Of a stretch of 64,000 bases of DNA, positions 44,030 to 53,394 are shown in pieces. How positions within the stretch are numbered: position 1 is the stretch's first letter; each line of letters opens with the position of its first letter. Made by a program: the position numbers and the translations under genes. Source of the stretch: a virus. The stretch is from IMG/VR virus record IMGVR_UViG_3300036832_001149, positions 11,535 through 75,534 of that record. The stretch is one strand, 5' to 3'. The notes below the pieces were generated by a model. That model was not told the origin of the DNA, searched no databases, and saw nothing but the letters and a program-made list of their open reading frames with translations.

Positions 44030-47000
44030 GTGGCTTCTTTGGATGACCGTTCGATTTTTGGTGTCCGTTCGATCACCCCCTCGGCGACCCCCGGTGGGGA
44101 TGGCGGGCCACTGACGAACACGGTCCCGTCGATCGTTACCAGCGACAAGCTCGTCGCGTTCTGCCTCATCGACGACAATCTGCCGCTGTCCGCCCCGGTG
44201 AACGCGGGCTACACGTGGGTGCCACTGGGACCGCAGGTCGGTCCTACGACCACCGGCCCCAGCGGCGGCGTCAATATGGCGGCGTTCCTCTGCGCCGCGC
44301 CCGCTGCCGGGTCCAACGTCGTGTTCACCCACGGGTCCGGTTCGGGCGGCGACGACAAGGTCCAGAGCATCTGGGTGCTCATCGGGGCCGGGGCGGTCGA
44401 TGCCGTTGCCAGTACGACGGATGCGGTGGCGACGCCCGGTAGCGCGCTGGCCCCGTCGGCCAACCCGACCACCGTGGGCGACATCCTGATATGCGCGATC
44501 GAGTTGGACGCAGGCCAGGTGACCGTCGTTCCTCCGGCCGCCATGACGGCCGGGGCACCGGTCAAGAACGACTACCTCTCCTACGGCGACGCCTACAAGA
44601 TTCTGTCCTCGTCCGGCGCGACCGGGACCCAGGCGTTCTCCGGCGTGACCGCCGGGCAGCATTACAACGCACTGAGCATCACCATCGCCTCGGCCGCCGC
44701 CGCCTCCGCCCTCACCACCCGGGCGACGACGTGGAACGTGGCGTCCACCACGACGACGGTGTCCACCACCCGCACCACCAACTGGGCGGTGGTGGCCGGG
44801 CCGGTGGCCGCCTACAACTTCAACGAGGGCACCGGCACCACCTCGGTCGACTGCACCGGCAACGGCCACACCGCCACCGTCAAGGCCGGGGCCTGGGTCA
44901 CCGGCCACACCGGCACCGGCATCGGCAGCATCGCCAACGCGGCCACCGCCATGCCGTACCCGAGTGTGCCGAACACGTTCACGATGATGTGCTGGGTCCA
45001 GTTGACCGGCTACGGCTGGGCCGCCTGGATCAGCAACAACGGCGGGTCGAGCGGCCTGTCGGTCTTCCTGCAGGCCGATCCGTCCGGCACGCCCTACTTC
45101 GGCACGTACTACGGCGAGGCGCACACCACCACGCCGATCCCGCTCAACACCTGGACCCACCTGGCCGGGACGTGGGACGGGTCCCTGCTGAGGTTGTTCG
45201 TCAACGGTGTGAACGTCGCCTCGGGGCCGATGAACGCGAACGCATCCGGCTTCTTCTCGCCCGGACAGACGTTCACCCTCGGGGTCGGGGCCAACCTGAT
45301 CCAGGACGACACCCGGTTCTTCGCCTTCGACCTGTCGGCGGCCGACATCGTCGCCTACATGAACACCCCGGTCGCGCCACCGGTCGTGACGGCGCGGGCC
45401 AGCCGGTCCACCACCTGGAACGTGGCCTCCGGCCTCACCACGGTCGGCGGCGTCACCCGCGCCACCACCTGGAAGATCGCCGGGCGGGCCACCGTCCAGC
45501 GGGCGACCTCCTGGAGCCTGATCGGCCTCAACCCCTTCGCCAAGTCGGTGCACCCCAGCGGGCGCTACCTGCTCGACCAGTTCGGCCAGCCCTACTTCGT
45601 CCTGGGTGACGGGCAGTGGACGATGCCATCGCGGATACTGTCCGCGAGTGACCGGGCGACGTACTGGACCAACCGGGCGGCCAATGGGTTCAACTGCGTC
45701 CTGATCGACGTCATCGACGGGCCGGGCAAGTTCAACCCGACCTCGGACCCCAGCCATTACCTGACGTTCGCCGGTGACTACCCGTTCGGCGGGGTCAACC
45801 ACGACGACATCACCAGCCTCACCCCGTCCCACTGGAACCGGATCGACACCATCGTCAACGAGGCCGAGGCGGCCGGGAACACGGTGTGGCTGGTTCCCAC
45901 CAACGGCCAGGACATGATCGCCACCCTGAACAACGCCGGGACGGCGAACTGCCAGGCCTACGGGGTGCTGCTGGGCAACCGGTACAAGAACAAGACGAAC
46001 CTCATCTGGCTGTTCGGCGAGGATTACACCCCGACGACCCAGGCCGACGCCTCGCAACTGGCCGTCATGGCCGGTATCCGCAGCACCGGCGACACCCACC
46101 TGTCCTCCATGGAGATGTTCAACATGTTCTCCATCTCCTCGGACTGGACCCACTACCCCGGGAACATCAACATCAACTGGGTCTACTCCTACCCGGCGGT
46201 CTACTCCGAGACCCGGCTGGCCTACGCGGCCAATGCCGGACCGACCCTGATGGGCGAGTCGGCCTACGAGAACGAGTGGTCCTCCACGGACCTCACCCAC
46301 CACAAGGAGATGGGCTGGGCCCTCACCTCCGGGGCCGCCGCCGGGTTCATCAAGGGCAACAACCCGTGCTGGAACATCCACTTGGCCGGTCCCAGCGGCG
46401 GTCCCAACGGACCGTGGACGAACATCACCAACACCAACGTCGACATCGCGTTCGGCAAGCTCAAGGCCTGGTACACCGGCCTGATCGGCTGGTTCCGGCT
46501 GGCCCCGGACCTGGCCAACACCTTCCTCACGGCCGGGATGGGCGTGAAGAAGGACACCAGTACCTCCACGACCAACGACGACTCCGACTACGGCACGGCG
46601 GCGCTGGCGACCGATCGCTCGTTCGGGCTCATCTTCGCCCCGGCCAACCGGGACCTCACGGTGGACACGACCCAGGTCAACGCGGTCTCCTCGACGTCCT
46701 GGGTCGACGCCAGCAACCCGCAGCACACCGTGGCCGCCCCCTCGACCGGGACCCCCACCGCCACCGTGTTCGCCTACCCGGGGTTGAACCAGAACGGCGA
46801 CTACGCCTGGTACCTGCTCATCCAGGGCGTGCCCCTGGTCCAGGTCACCACCAGTCGGGCCACCACCTGGACGGTCCGGACGTCGGTCGGGGTGAGCCGG
46901 TCCACCATCTGGAACGTCAACGCCACGCTGGTCCATGTCACGATCAGCCGGGCCACCACCTGGACCGTCGCCGCCGCCACGACGGTCCCGGTCACCACCA

Positions 47001-47257
47001 GCCGGTCGACCACCTGGACCGTCCGGACGCCGGTCTCGGCCAACCGGACCACCACCTGGACGGTCCGCACGTCGGTCCCGGTCACCCGGATGACCTGGTG
47101 GAAGGTCGCCTCGACCAGGATCGCCCTGGGATCGGTCGTCATCGACGGGGTGCGCACGCCGGTGGCCAGCCTGGGGGTGGTCATCGACGGGGTGAACAAG
47201 CCGGTGGTCAACCAGTGGGTCGTCAGCGGCGGGGTGAAGAAGGCGGTCGTCGGCTGA
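44030..47257 (+). CDS. large virion glycan-binding/hydrolase protein: LamG-like plus DUF4038 (GH140-like) glycosidase, RATTW repeats
   Basis: AAYNFNEG.GT..D..GNG; WTHLAGTWDG; GRYL.DQ.G.P.F.LGD..W; NLIWLFG.D; PTLMGESAYE. Confidence 0.8.
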   Translation: MASLDDRSIFGVRSITPSATPGGDGGPLTNTVPSIVTSDKLVAFCLIDDNLPLSAPVNAGYTWVPLGPQVGPTTTGPSGGVNMAAFLCAAPAAGSNVVFTHGSGSGGDDKVQSIWVLIGAGAVDAVASTTDAVATPGSALAPSANPTTVGDILICAIELDAGQVTVVPPAAMTAGAPVKNDYLSYGDAYKILSSSGATGTQAFSGVTAGQHYNALSITIASAAAASALTTRATTWNVASTTTTVSTTRTTNWAVVAGPVAAYNFNEGTGTTSVDCTGNGHTATVKAGAWVTGHTGTGIGSIANAATAMPYPSVPNTFTMMCWVQLTGYGWAAWISNNGGSSGLSVFLQADPSGTPYFGTYYGEAHTTTPIPLNTWTHLAGTWDGSLLRLFVNGVNVASGPMNANASGFFSPGQTFTLGVGANLIQDDTRFFAFDLSAADIVAYMNTPVAPPVVTARASRSTTWNVASGLTTVGGVTRATTWKIAGRATVQRATSWSLIGLNPFAKSVHPSGRYLLDQFGQPYFVLGDGQWTMPSRILSASDRATYWTNRAANGFNCVLIDVIDGPGKFNPTSDPSHYLTFAGDYPFGGVNHDDITSLTPSHWNRIDTIVNEAEAAGNTVWLVPTNGQDMIATLNNAGTANCQAYGVLLGNRYKNKTNLIWLFGEDYTPTTQADASQLAVMAGIRSTGDTHLSSMEMFNMFSISSDWTHYPGNININWVYSYPAVYSETRLAYAANAGPTLMGESAYENEWSSTDLTHHKEMGWALTSGAAAGFIKGNNPCWNIHLAGPSGGPNGPWTNITNTNVDIAFGKLKAWYTGLIGWFRLAPDLANTFLTAGMGVKKDTSTSTTNDDSDYGTAALATDRSFGLIFAPANRDLTVDTTQVNAVSSTSWVDASNPQHTVAAPSTGTPTATVFAYPGLNQNGDYAWYLLIQGVPLVQVTTSRATTWTVRTSVGVSRSTIWNVNATLVHVTISRATTWTVAAATTVPVTTSRSTTWTVRTPVSANRTTTWTVRTSVPVTRMTWWKVASTRIALGSVVIDGVRTPVASLGVVIDGVNKPVVNQWVVSGGVKKAVVG

Positions 47258-47319
47258 ACAGACACCCCCGGCACACTTAGAGCGCAAGGAGGCGTGATGC
47301 CGACCCACCAGGACACCCC

Positions 47320-47667
47320 ATGACCAGCCCGGCCACCACCGTCACCGCGCTGCCGATCGAGGTCGATCTCGTCCTCTATCAGGGCGACGACTTCTACCTC
47401 GACCTGATCGTGTCCAACCCGGACGGCACCGACGCCGACCTGTCCACCGCGATCGCCACGGCCGAGATCCACACGAACACCGCCACCACCACCCCGCTGG
47501 CCGTGTTCAACGCCACCATCATCGGCAACGTGATCCATCTGCACCTGCCCAGCGGCGAGTCGACCAATCTCACCGCCCCGGGCGTGTGGGACTGCCAGAT
47601 CGCCACCCCCGACATCACCACGCTGGTGGCCGGGAGGGTCACCCCCACCGCCGAGGTGACCCGATGA
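47320..47667 (+). CDS. beta-sandwich fibre adaptor
   Basis: [14 protein letters not shown]...GVWDCQI...[14 protein letters not shown]. Confidence 0.75.
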   Translation: MTSPATTVTALPIEVDLVLYQGDDFYLDLIVSNPDGTDADLSTAIATAEIHTNTATTTPLAVFNATIIGNVIHLHLPSGESTNLTAPGVWDCQIATPDITTLVAGRVTPTAEVTR

Positions 47668-49823
47668 ACGAGGGATATCAGGTCTCGGCCGAGACCACTC
47701 AGCCCTACCAGGTCGCCACCGCCACCCGGGCCGCGTCCACCGTCGCCGCCAGTGGCAGTGGCCCCCAGGGTGAACAGGGACCACCGGGTCCGGTCGGCCC
47801 CCAGGGACCACAGGGCACTACCGGGAACACCGGCCCGACCGGCAGCACCGGCCCCCAGGGCGTCCAGGGGCCCACCGGGGCCAAGGGCAATACCGGCAGC
47901 GCCGGGCCGGTTGGCAGCACCGGTCCAACCGGCAGCACCGGGCCGCAGGGTGGCTCGGGGGTCCAGGGCATCCAGGGGATACCGGGCCTGGCCGGTCTGG
48001 TCCCCAACATCCAGATATTCACCGTCAATGGGAACTCCACCTGGACCAAACCGGCCAACGCGGTCACCGTGGACGTGTTCCTCATCGGCGCGGGCGGCGC
48101 TGGTGGTGGTGGCGCGAAGACGACCGCCGGGACCGCCTGCTCCGGTGGTGCGGGTGGCGCGTCGGGCGGCATCAGCATGGCCACGTTCCAGGCTTCGGAC
48201 CTACCGGCCACGGCGACGGTCGGCGTCCGCGCCGGTGGCACGGGCGGTGTCGGCGCGACTGCCGTCGGCTCGGGTGGGACCGGATCAACCGTCGGCAACT
48301 GCACGTGGTTCGGGCCGGACGTAAACAGTTACAACTCCTGGCTCCAGGCGCGCCAGGGTAGCTCCGGTGGCGGTGGTCTGATCAACACCGTGGCGACGGG
48401 CGGCATCATCCAGCCCGCCAGCGGCACCGAGCAGGTGAGCGTTGCGGGTCAGTCATCCGGCAACGGCGCGGCGTTAGCGCCCGGGATCGCGTATCCGGGT
48501 TGCGTACCCGGATCGGCGGGCGCTGGTATCGCCGCAGCAGGCAGCGTGTTCATCGCCGGTGGCTCTGGCGGCGTAACGATCTGGGCGCAGCAGGGTCCGG
48601 CAGCCGCAGCCGGTGGCGCGACGGACGGCGCGAGCGGGGCCAACTGGACCCTGGCCAGCCCGGGTGGACCCGGTGGCGGTGGCGGGGGTGGGGCGTCGAG
48701 CATCGCCGGGAACGGTGGTAACGGCGGTAGCGGCGGCTACGGTTCCGGTGGGGCCGGGGGCGGGTCCTCCATCGGCGGGAACGGCGGGAACGGCGGGAAC
48801 GGCGGTGGCGGCTTAGCCATTATCACCGCGTGGTGCACCCAGTCCTCAGCCGCAGGCAATCCGGGTCCGACCGGCCCGGCTGGACCACAGGGTGCGACTG
48901 GCCCGACCGGACCTGCGGGTGCCACCGGTCCACAGGGCAATGCTGGTCCCACCGGGTCAACGGGGCCAGCGGGGCCTGCCGGATCGGCACCACAAATAAC
49001 GGCCTACACGGTTGCTGGCTCGTTCACGTACAACATTCCGACCGGCACAACGTTGCTCGACATTCAGTTGGGCGGCCCCGGTGGTGGCGGTGGGTCCGGT
49101 GCCTGCACGGCCAGCGGGACGGCTTGCAGCGGCGGCAGTGGTGGCGGTGGTGGTGGGTACTCGCATCGCCTCATCCCCGTTGCATCGCTTAGTTCAACGA
49201 CGCTCAACGTGTACACGATGGCGGGCGGGGCAGGTGGCGCGGCGCAATCGACCGCGAGCGCGACCGGACTACCCGGGTCGAACGGTGTGGGGAACTGCTC
49301 TGTCCGAGCCGGGGGCCTGTATCTGACCATCGCGACCCCCGGTCAGGGCGGGCCCGGTGGCGTCATCAATGGCACAGCCGCTTCGGCAGCGGGTGGATAT
49401 GGTTCTGACTACCAATCGACAGCAGGCGCGGCGGCTCCGGTCGGCGGAACCTCCGGACGCCAGTCCACCTCGTTCGGGTGCGCGGCGGGTGGGGCTGGGG
49501 CCGGACTCGCTGCCGCGCCGGTCGGGCTCGTCGGGACGGGTGGCGGGTGTGGGGCCGGAACATCGCCCGCGAGCAGTGGTGGAGCCCCGGGTGTAGCCGG
49601 TGGAGGCAATGCTGGAATACCCTCGCCCGTCATTTGGATCGGTCCCGGCGCTGGCGGCGGTGGCGGTGGCTCGAACGCGGCTGGGACGGGTGGAGCGGGC
49701 GGAAGTGGTGTCTATGGCGGCGGCGGCGGCGGTGGCGGCGCGTCGCTCAACGGGTCACTGTCTGGAGCGGGAGCACCGGGCGCTGATGGTTGGTGTCTCA
49801 TCACGGCCTACGGTGCCCCGTAG
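47664..49823 (+). CDS. collagen-like, glycine-rich fibre protein
   Basis: two Gly-X-Y blocks, each followed by a glycine-rich domain. Confidence 0.85.
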   Translation: MNEGYQVSAETTQPYQVATATRAASTVAASGSGPQGEQGPPGPVGPQGPQGTTGNTGPTGSTGPQGVQGPTGAKGNTGSAGPVGSTGPTGSTGPQGGSGVQGIQGIPGLAGLVPNIQIFTVNGNSTWTKPANAVTVDVFLIGAGGAGGGGAKTTAGTACSGGAGGASGGISMATFQASDLPATATVGVRAGGTGGVGATAVGSGGTGSTVGNCTWFGPDVNSYNSWLQARQGSSGGGGLINTVATGGIIQPASGTEQVSVAGQSSGNGAALAPGIAYPGCVPGSAGAGIAAAGSVFIAGGSGGVTIWAQQGPAAAAGGATDGASGANWTLASPGGPGGGGGGGASSIAGNGGNGGSGGYGSGGAGGGSSIGGNGGNGGNGGGGLAIITAWCTQSSAAGNPGPTGPAGPQGATGPTGPAGATGPQGNAGPTGSTGPAGPAGSAPQITAYTVAGSFTYNIPTGTTLLDIQLGGPGGGGGSGACTASGTACSGGSGGGGGGYSHRLIPVASLSSTTLNVYTMAGGAGGAAQSTASATGLPGSNGVGNCSVRAGGLYLTIATPGQGGPGGVINGTAASAAGGYGSDYQSTAGAAAPVGGTSGRQSTSFGCAAGGAGAGLAAAPVGLVGTGGGCGAGTSPASSGGAPGVAGGGNAGIPSPVIWIGPGAGGGGGGSNAAGTGGAGGSGVYGGGGGGGGASLNGSLSGAGAPGADGWCLITAYGAP

Positions 49824-49859
49824 TGATCGCAGAAGCAGCATGACGAACGGAGAAGACCG

Positions 49860-50129
49860 ATGAGCTACCTGACACAGACCGAGATAGCTGAGGACTGGTT
49901 CATGCGCAACCGCGTGGCCGCTGCCGCAGCGGACGAGCACGTCGAGGGCGATCCTGACCTCTGGTCCCAGGAGCATCGTCGGGAGTGGGCTGGTGCCCCG
50001 GGCTGGGATGCGGCCTGGGAGTCGGCCAAGGTCAGCCACGAGGACGAACCCGACTACCAGCCCGGCCATGACGAGTCCGTCATCACCGACGAGATGATCC
50101 TGTCCCAGGTCCAGTCGATGAACCCCTGA
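49860..50129 (+). CDS. small fibre-associated protein
   Basis: MSYLTQ.EIA...A.APGW..AW...PG.DE.VITD.MILSQVQ. Confidence 0.7.
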   Translation: MSYLTQTEIAEDWFMRNRVAAAAADEHVEGDPDLWSQEHRREWAGAPGWDAAWESAKVSHEDEPDYQPGHDESVITDEMILSQVQSMNP

Positions 50130-50188
50130 CAATGACACCGCTGGGCTGAGCAGACAGTCCTAGCACACTGGTCACCAAGGAGGTGCAG

Positions 50189-51235
50189 ATGCCGTTTGCC
50201 AGCAAGGCCCAGGCGCGGTACCTGCATGCCCGGCACCCGGGCATCGCCGCCCGCTGGGAGAAGCACACCCCGGCCAAGAAGCGCCGCGCGCTGCCCGAGC
50301 ACGTCGGCAAGGCGGGGGAGACCAAGGTCCAGCGCTATCAGCGCCACCAGCGCCAGGCTGCCGCCGCCATCACCGCCACCACCGCCATCCCGGCCCTGCT
50401 GGCGCTGCGCTCGGGTCGGATGGCCACACTGGCCGGGGCGGGCACGGCCGAACATGCGCTGCACTCCGGCACGCAGTTGCGCCACGCGGCCACCGCGACC
50501 GGGCTGGGCGGCCTGGCCGGGGCGACCAACGCCCTGCCCACCCCGAAGCGGTTTCTCCAACAGAACAAGCACAATCAGGCCCCGAAGAAGCCAGCCGCCT
50601 CGGGCTATGTCAAGACTGGTATCACCGCCAAGCGGGACACAACGGAAGTAGGTAGGGCAATGACGTACATCGACGCTTTCGGAGTGGCTCGGGACGACCT
50701 GGTCGCCAAGGCCGACAAGAAGAATGCGACATCGGGCCGGTTGGCCACCGGAGCACTGTTCCCCGGGGTCCACGGGGCCGTCGCCGGGAAGCCCGGGAAG
50801 AAGCTGAAGGCGGCCGGGACCGAGTTGGGGATCGGACTGGCCGGGGGGATGCTGGGGCACGCCATCCACCCGGCTGCCGCCACGGCCGGTAACCTCGTCG
50901 GGGCGGCAGCCGGGACCAACATCGCCCACAACCAGGGCTACCTGAAGCCGCAGAAGACCAGGGTGATCAAGGCCAACCGGAAGACCCCCTCGGTGGGCCG
51001 GTTGGCCACTGGTGGGGTCTTCCCCGGCTTCCATGGGGCGGTGGCGGGCAAGCCGGGCCAGTACCGCAAGTTGAAGGCGGCCGGGACCGAACTCGGTTCG
51101 TCCACGCTCGGGAGTGCGGTCGGGCATGCCGTCGGCGGTCCGGTGGGCAGTTCGGCCGGGAACCTGGCCGGAGCGGTGGGCGGCACCGCCATCGCCCACA
51201 ACCAGGGCTGGCTGAAGCGACAGAAGAAGGCGTAG
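50189..51235 (+). CDS. putative head cargo polyprotein (MPFxSxAQ domain plus tandem glycine-zipper repeats); possible internal start at 50660
   Basis: AAGGAGG RBS; two ~85-aa repeats each preceded by VxKA. Confidence 0.75.
   Translation: MPFASKAQARYLHARHPGIAARWEKHTPAKKRRALPEHVGKAGETKVQRYQRHQRQAAAAITATTAIPALLALRSGRMATLAGAGTAEHALHSGTQLRHAATATGLGGLAGATNALPTPKRFLQQNKHNQAPKKPAASGYVKTGITAKRDTTEVGRAMTYIDAFGVARDDLVAKADKKNATSGRLATGALFPGVHGAVAGKPGKKLKAAGTELGIGLAGGMLGHAIHPAAATAGNLVGAAAGTNIAHNQGYLKPQKTRVIKANRKTPSVGRLATGGVFPGFHGAVAGKPGQYRKLKAAGTELGSSTLGSAVGHAVGGPVGSSAGNLAGAVGGTAIAHNQGWLKRQKKA
50701..51232 (+). repeat. two tandem ~260-nt repeats encoding glycine-zipper peptides
   Basis: GRLATG..FPG.HGAVAGKPG..KLKAAGTELG...AGNL.GA..GT.IAHNQG.LK twice. 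Confidence 0.85.
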
Positions 51236-51238
51236 GAG

Positions 51239-52147
51239 ATGAGCCCCATCCCTGATGCGTTCAAAGAACACGCCGGACGCCATCACTTCACCCCCGACGC
51301 GCCGAGCGCCAAGGCCGCCCAGAAGAAGCACGCCGGTCGCTTCCACCCGGACTTCGTGCGCCACATCGGCGCGCACACCTTCGACGGCAAGGACTCCAAG
51401 GAATCCAAGGACTCTCCGAAGAAGTCGAAGGACCCGAAGGACGACGGCGACACCGGTCGGTTCGTGTTTCCGGCCAAGAAGGGGCACAAGAGCAAGCCCC
51501 GGCGTCCGGCCGCGTTCTCCGAGACTGGCATCGGCAAGTTCGGTCCGTCCGGTTCCGGGTACCAGCGGCCGAAGCAGAGTCCCGGGCAGGTGGGCGCGAG
51601 CGTGGGCGGGGCCGTCGCCGGGTTGGCGTCGGAGAAGGTGCGGCCCGGCTCGACCGCTGCCGGTCACCTGATGCGCAGCACCAACCTGCCCAAGCTGGCC
51701 GGTGGGATGGGCGCGGGCCATTACACCCCCGGAACCCCGAGGAACTTCGGCAGTCCCACGCTGGGCACCTCGGCCACCGGGGCGGCCGTCCACGCCTTCC
51801 GCCAACCGGCGGCCGAAGGGGCGGCGGCGGGCACGCTGCCCAAGCTGGGCCGGGCGGCCGGTGCCTTCGCCCGGGGCATTCCGCGCTCGCCCGGGGCGGC
51901 CGTCGTCGCGGGCGGGACGCTGGCCGGGGCCGGGATCGGCGCGGAGGTCAGCCACCACCGCAAGCAGAAGCAGCAGTCGTTCAACCCGTACCTGGCCAAG
52001 GGCTTCCACCCGAAGGCGCGCCCGGCGGTCGTGGCCCCGGTGGTGCCCGAGGTCTGGGACCGGCCGTCGTGGGACATGGTCCCGCTGCGCACGGTGGACG
52101 GAATCCCGGACAACCAGCACGGTTCCTACACCGAGCGGTTCGGGTGA
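51239..52147 (+). CDS. putative head cargo protein (basic, Gly/Ala-rich)
   Basis: AGGAG RBS; IGK and LAK sites; hydrophobic GxxxG helices. Confidence 0.7.
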   Translation: MSPIPDAFKEHAGRHHFTPDAPSAKAAQKKHAGRFHPDFVRHIGAHTFDGKDSKESKDSPKKSKDPKDDGDTGRFVFPAKKGHKSKPRRPAAFSETGIGKFGPSGSGYQRPKQSPGQVGASVGGAVAGLASEKVRPGSTAAGHLMRSTNLPKLAGGMGAGHYTPGTPRNFGSPTLGTSATGAAVHAFRQPAAEGAAAGTLPKLGRAAGAFARGIPRSPGAAVVAGGTLAGAGIGAEVSHHRKQKQQSFNPYLAKGFHPKARPAVVAPVVPEVWDRPSWDMVPLRTVDGIPDNQHGSYTERFG

Positions 52148-52178
52148 CAAGACAGCCCTTGCCAGAATGGGGAGCGAG

Positions 52179-52967
52179 ATGAAGCGAGTCAACAAGCTCA
52201 GCAACATGGCGATCGACGAGGTATCCCTGGTCGATTCGGACGCCAATGGCTACGCCGAGATGCTTATCGCAAAACGGGACACGACGGAGGAGCAGATGCC
52301 CGAAAACGAAGATGAACTGACCTTCTCCGAGGACGATCTCGTCTACGACGACGCGGGGAACGCCTACCTGCCGATCCAGGTCGGTGACGACGGTGGTGGG
52401 GACGGTGAGGGGCCGGAGTACTACGTCGAGGACGACGACGACGATGCCGAGGCCGAGGACACGTCCCAGAAGGTGTTGGCCAGCCTGTCCAAGGCCCTGG
52501 GCGACTCCGACCGGGACCAGGTGGTCGCCTCGGCCTACGGGCAGATCGCCAAGGCGCAGAAGCGGGCCGAGCGGGCCGAGCAGGTCGCCAAGGCCGAGCG
52601 CGACCTGCGGCTGACCCGGGAGTACATCGCCAAGGCCGAGCAGTACAGCCTGCCGGTCCCGGCCGAGGTGCTCGGGCCGGTGCTCAAGCGCTGCACCGAG
52701 TCGCTGAGCAAGCAGGACTGCGAGATCCTGGCCCAGTGCCTGGACTCGGCCAGTGAGGCCGGGTACGACCCGTACGCCGAGATCGGCAAGTCCGGCGGCG
52801 GGGCCAACAGCGACATCCTCACCCAGGTCGGTGCCTACGCCGACGACCTGTTCGCCAAGTCGGTCGAGGCGGGCACCGGCTTCACCCCGGAGCAGGCTGT
52901 GGCCAAGGTGTTCGAGGCGAATCCGGCCGCCTATGACCAGTACCTCGCCGAGCGGCGCGGACGCTGA
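52179..52967 (+). CDS. scaffolding protein with N-terminal protease-like strand; internal start at 52296 likely
   Basis: IDEVSLVDSDAN; acidic linker; coiled coil; C-terminal NPAAYDQY; upstream of decoration and MCP genes. Confidence 0.8.
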   Translation: MKRVNKLSNMAIDEVSLVDSDANGYAEMLIAKRDTTEEQMPENEDELTFSEDDLVYDDAGNAYLPIQVGDDGGGDGEGPEYYVEDDDDDAEAEDTSQKVLASLSKALGDSDRDQVVASAYGQIAKAQKRAERAEQVAKAERDLRLTREYIAKAEQYSLPVPAEVLGPVLKRCTESLSKQDCEILAQCLDSASEAGYDPYAEIGKSGGGANSDILTQVGAYADDLFAKSVEAGTGFTPEQAVAKVFEANPAAYDQYLAERRGR

Positions 52968-52983
52968 GAGGGAGTGACTATCC

Positions 52984-53382
52984 ATGGCGTATGAAGAATC
53001 ACTGAGGTCCATCTCCCTGGACGCCGATGCCAGCATCGGCATCTTCACCGGTGTCCCGGGCACCATCGGGGCGGCCAACCCCAACTCCGGGATGCAGTAC
53101 CGCTGGGTGAAGATCACCGGCGAGCGCATCGTGGGCCTGTGCACGGCCGCCACCGACATCACCGTCGGCATCCTGCAGAACAAGCCCCAGCAGGTCGGTG
53201 GGGCGTCCCAGGTCGGCTACAGCGGGGTCAGCAAGGCCATCGCCGGTACCGGCGGGTTCACGGCCGGTACCCGGGTGGGCCCCGCCACCGACGGAACCAC
53301 GATCGCGGCCGCCACCGGTCCCGGGATCGCCATCACGTCGGCCATCGCCGGAGCGGTCGGCAACATCCTGCTGGATCGCTGA
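52984..53382 (+). CDS. capsid decoration/cement protein
   Basis: GILQNKP..G....V...GVSK; immediately upstream of MCP. Confidence 0.75.
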   Translation: MAYEESLRSISLDADASIGIFTGVPGTIGAANPNSGMQYRWVKITGERIVGLCTAATDITVGILQNKPQQVGGASQVGYSGVSKAIAGTGGFTAGTRVGPATDGTTIAAATGPGIAITSAIAGAVGNILLDR

Positions 53383-53394
53383 GGAGTGAGATAA

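Noticed and set aside
35316-47308. Very long minus-strand ORFs (1254 aa, 1312 aa and others)
   Set aside because: Shadow frames of high-GC3 genes on the opposite strand; no recognisable motifs or RBS.
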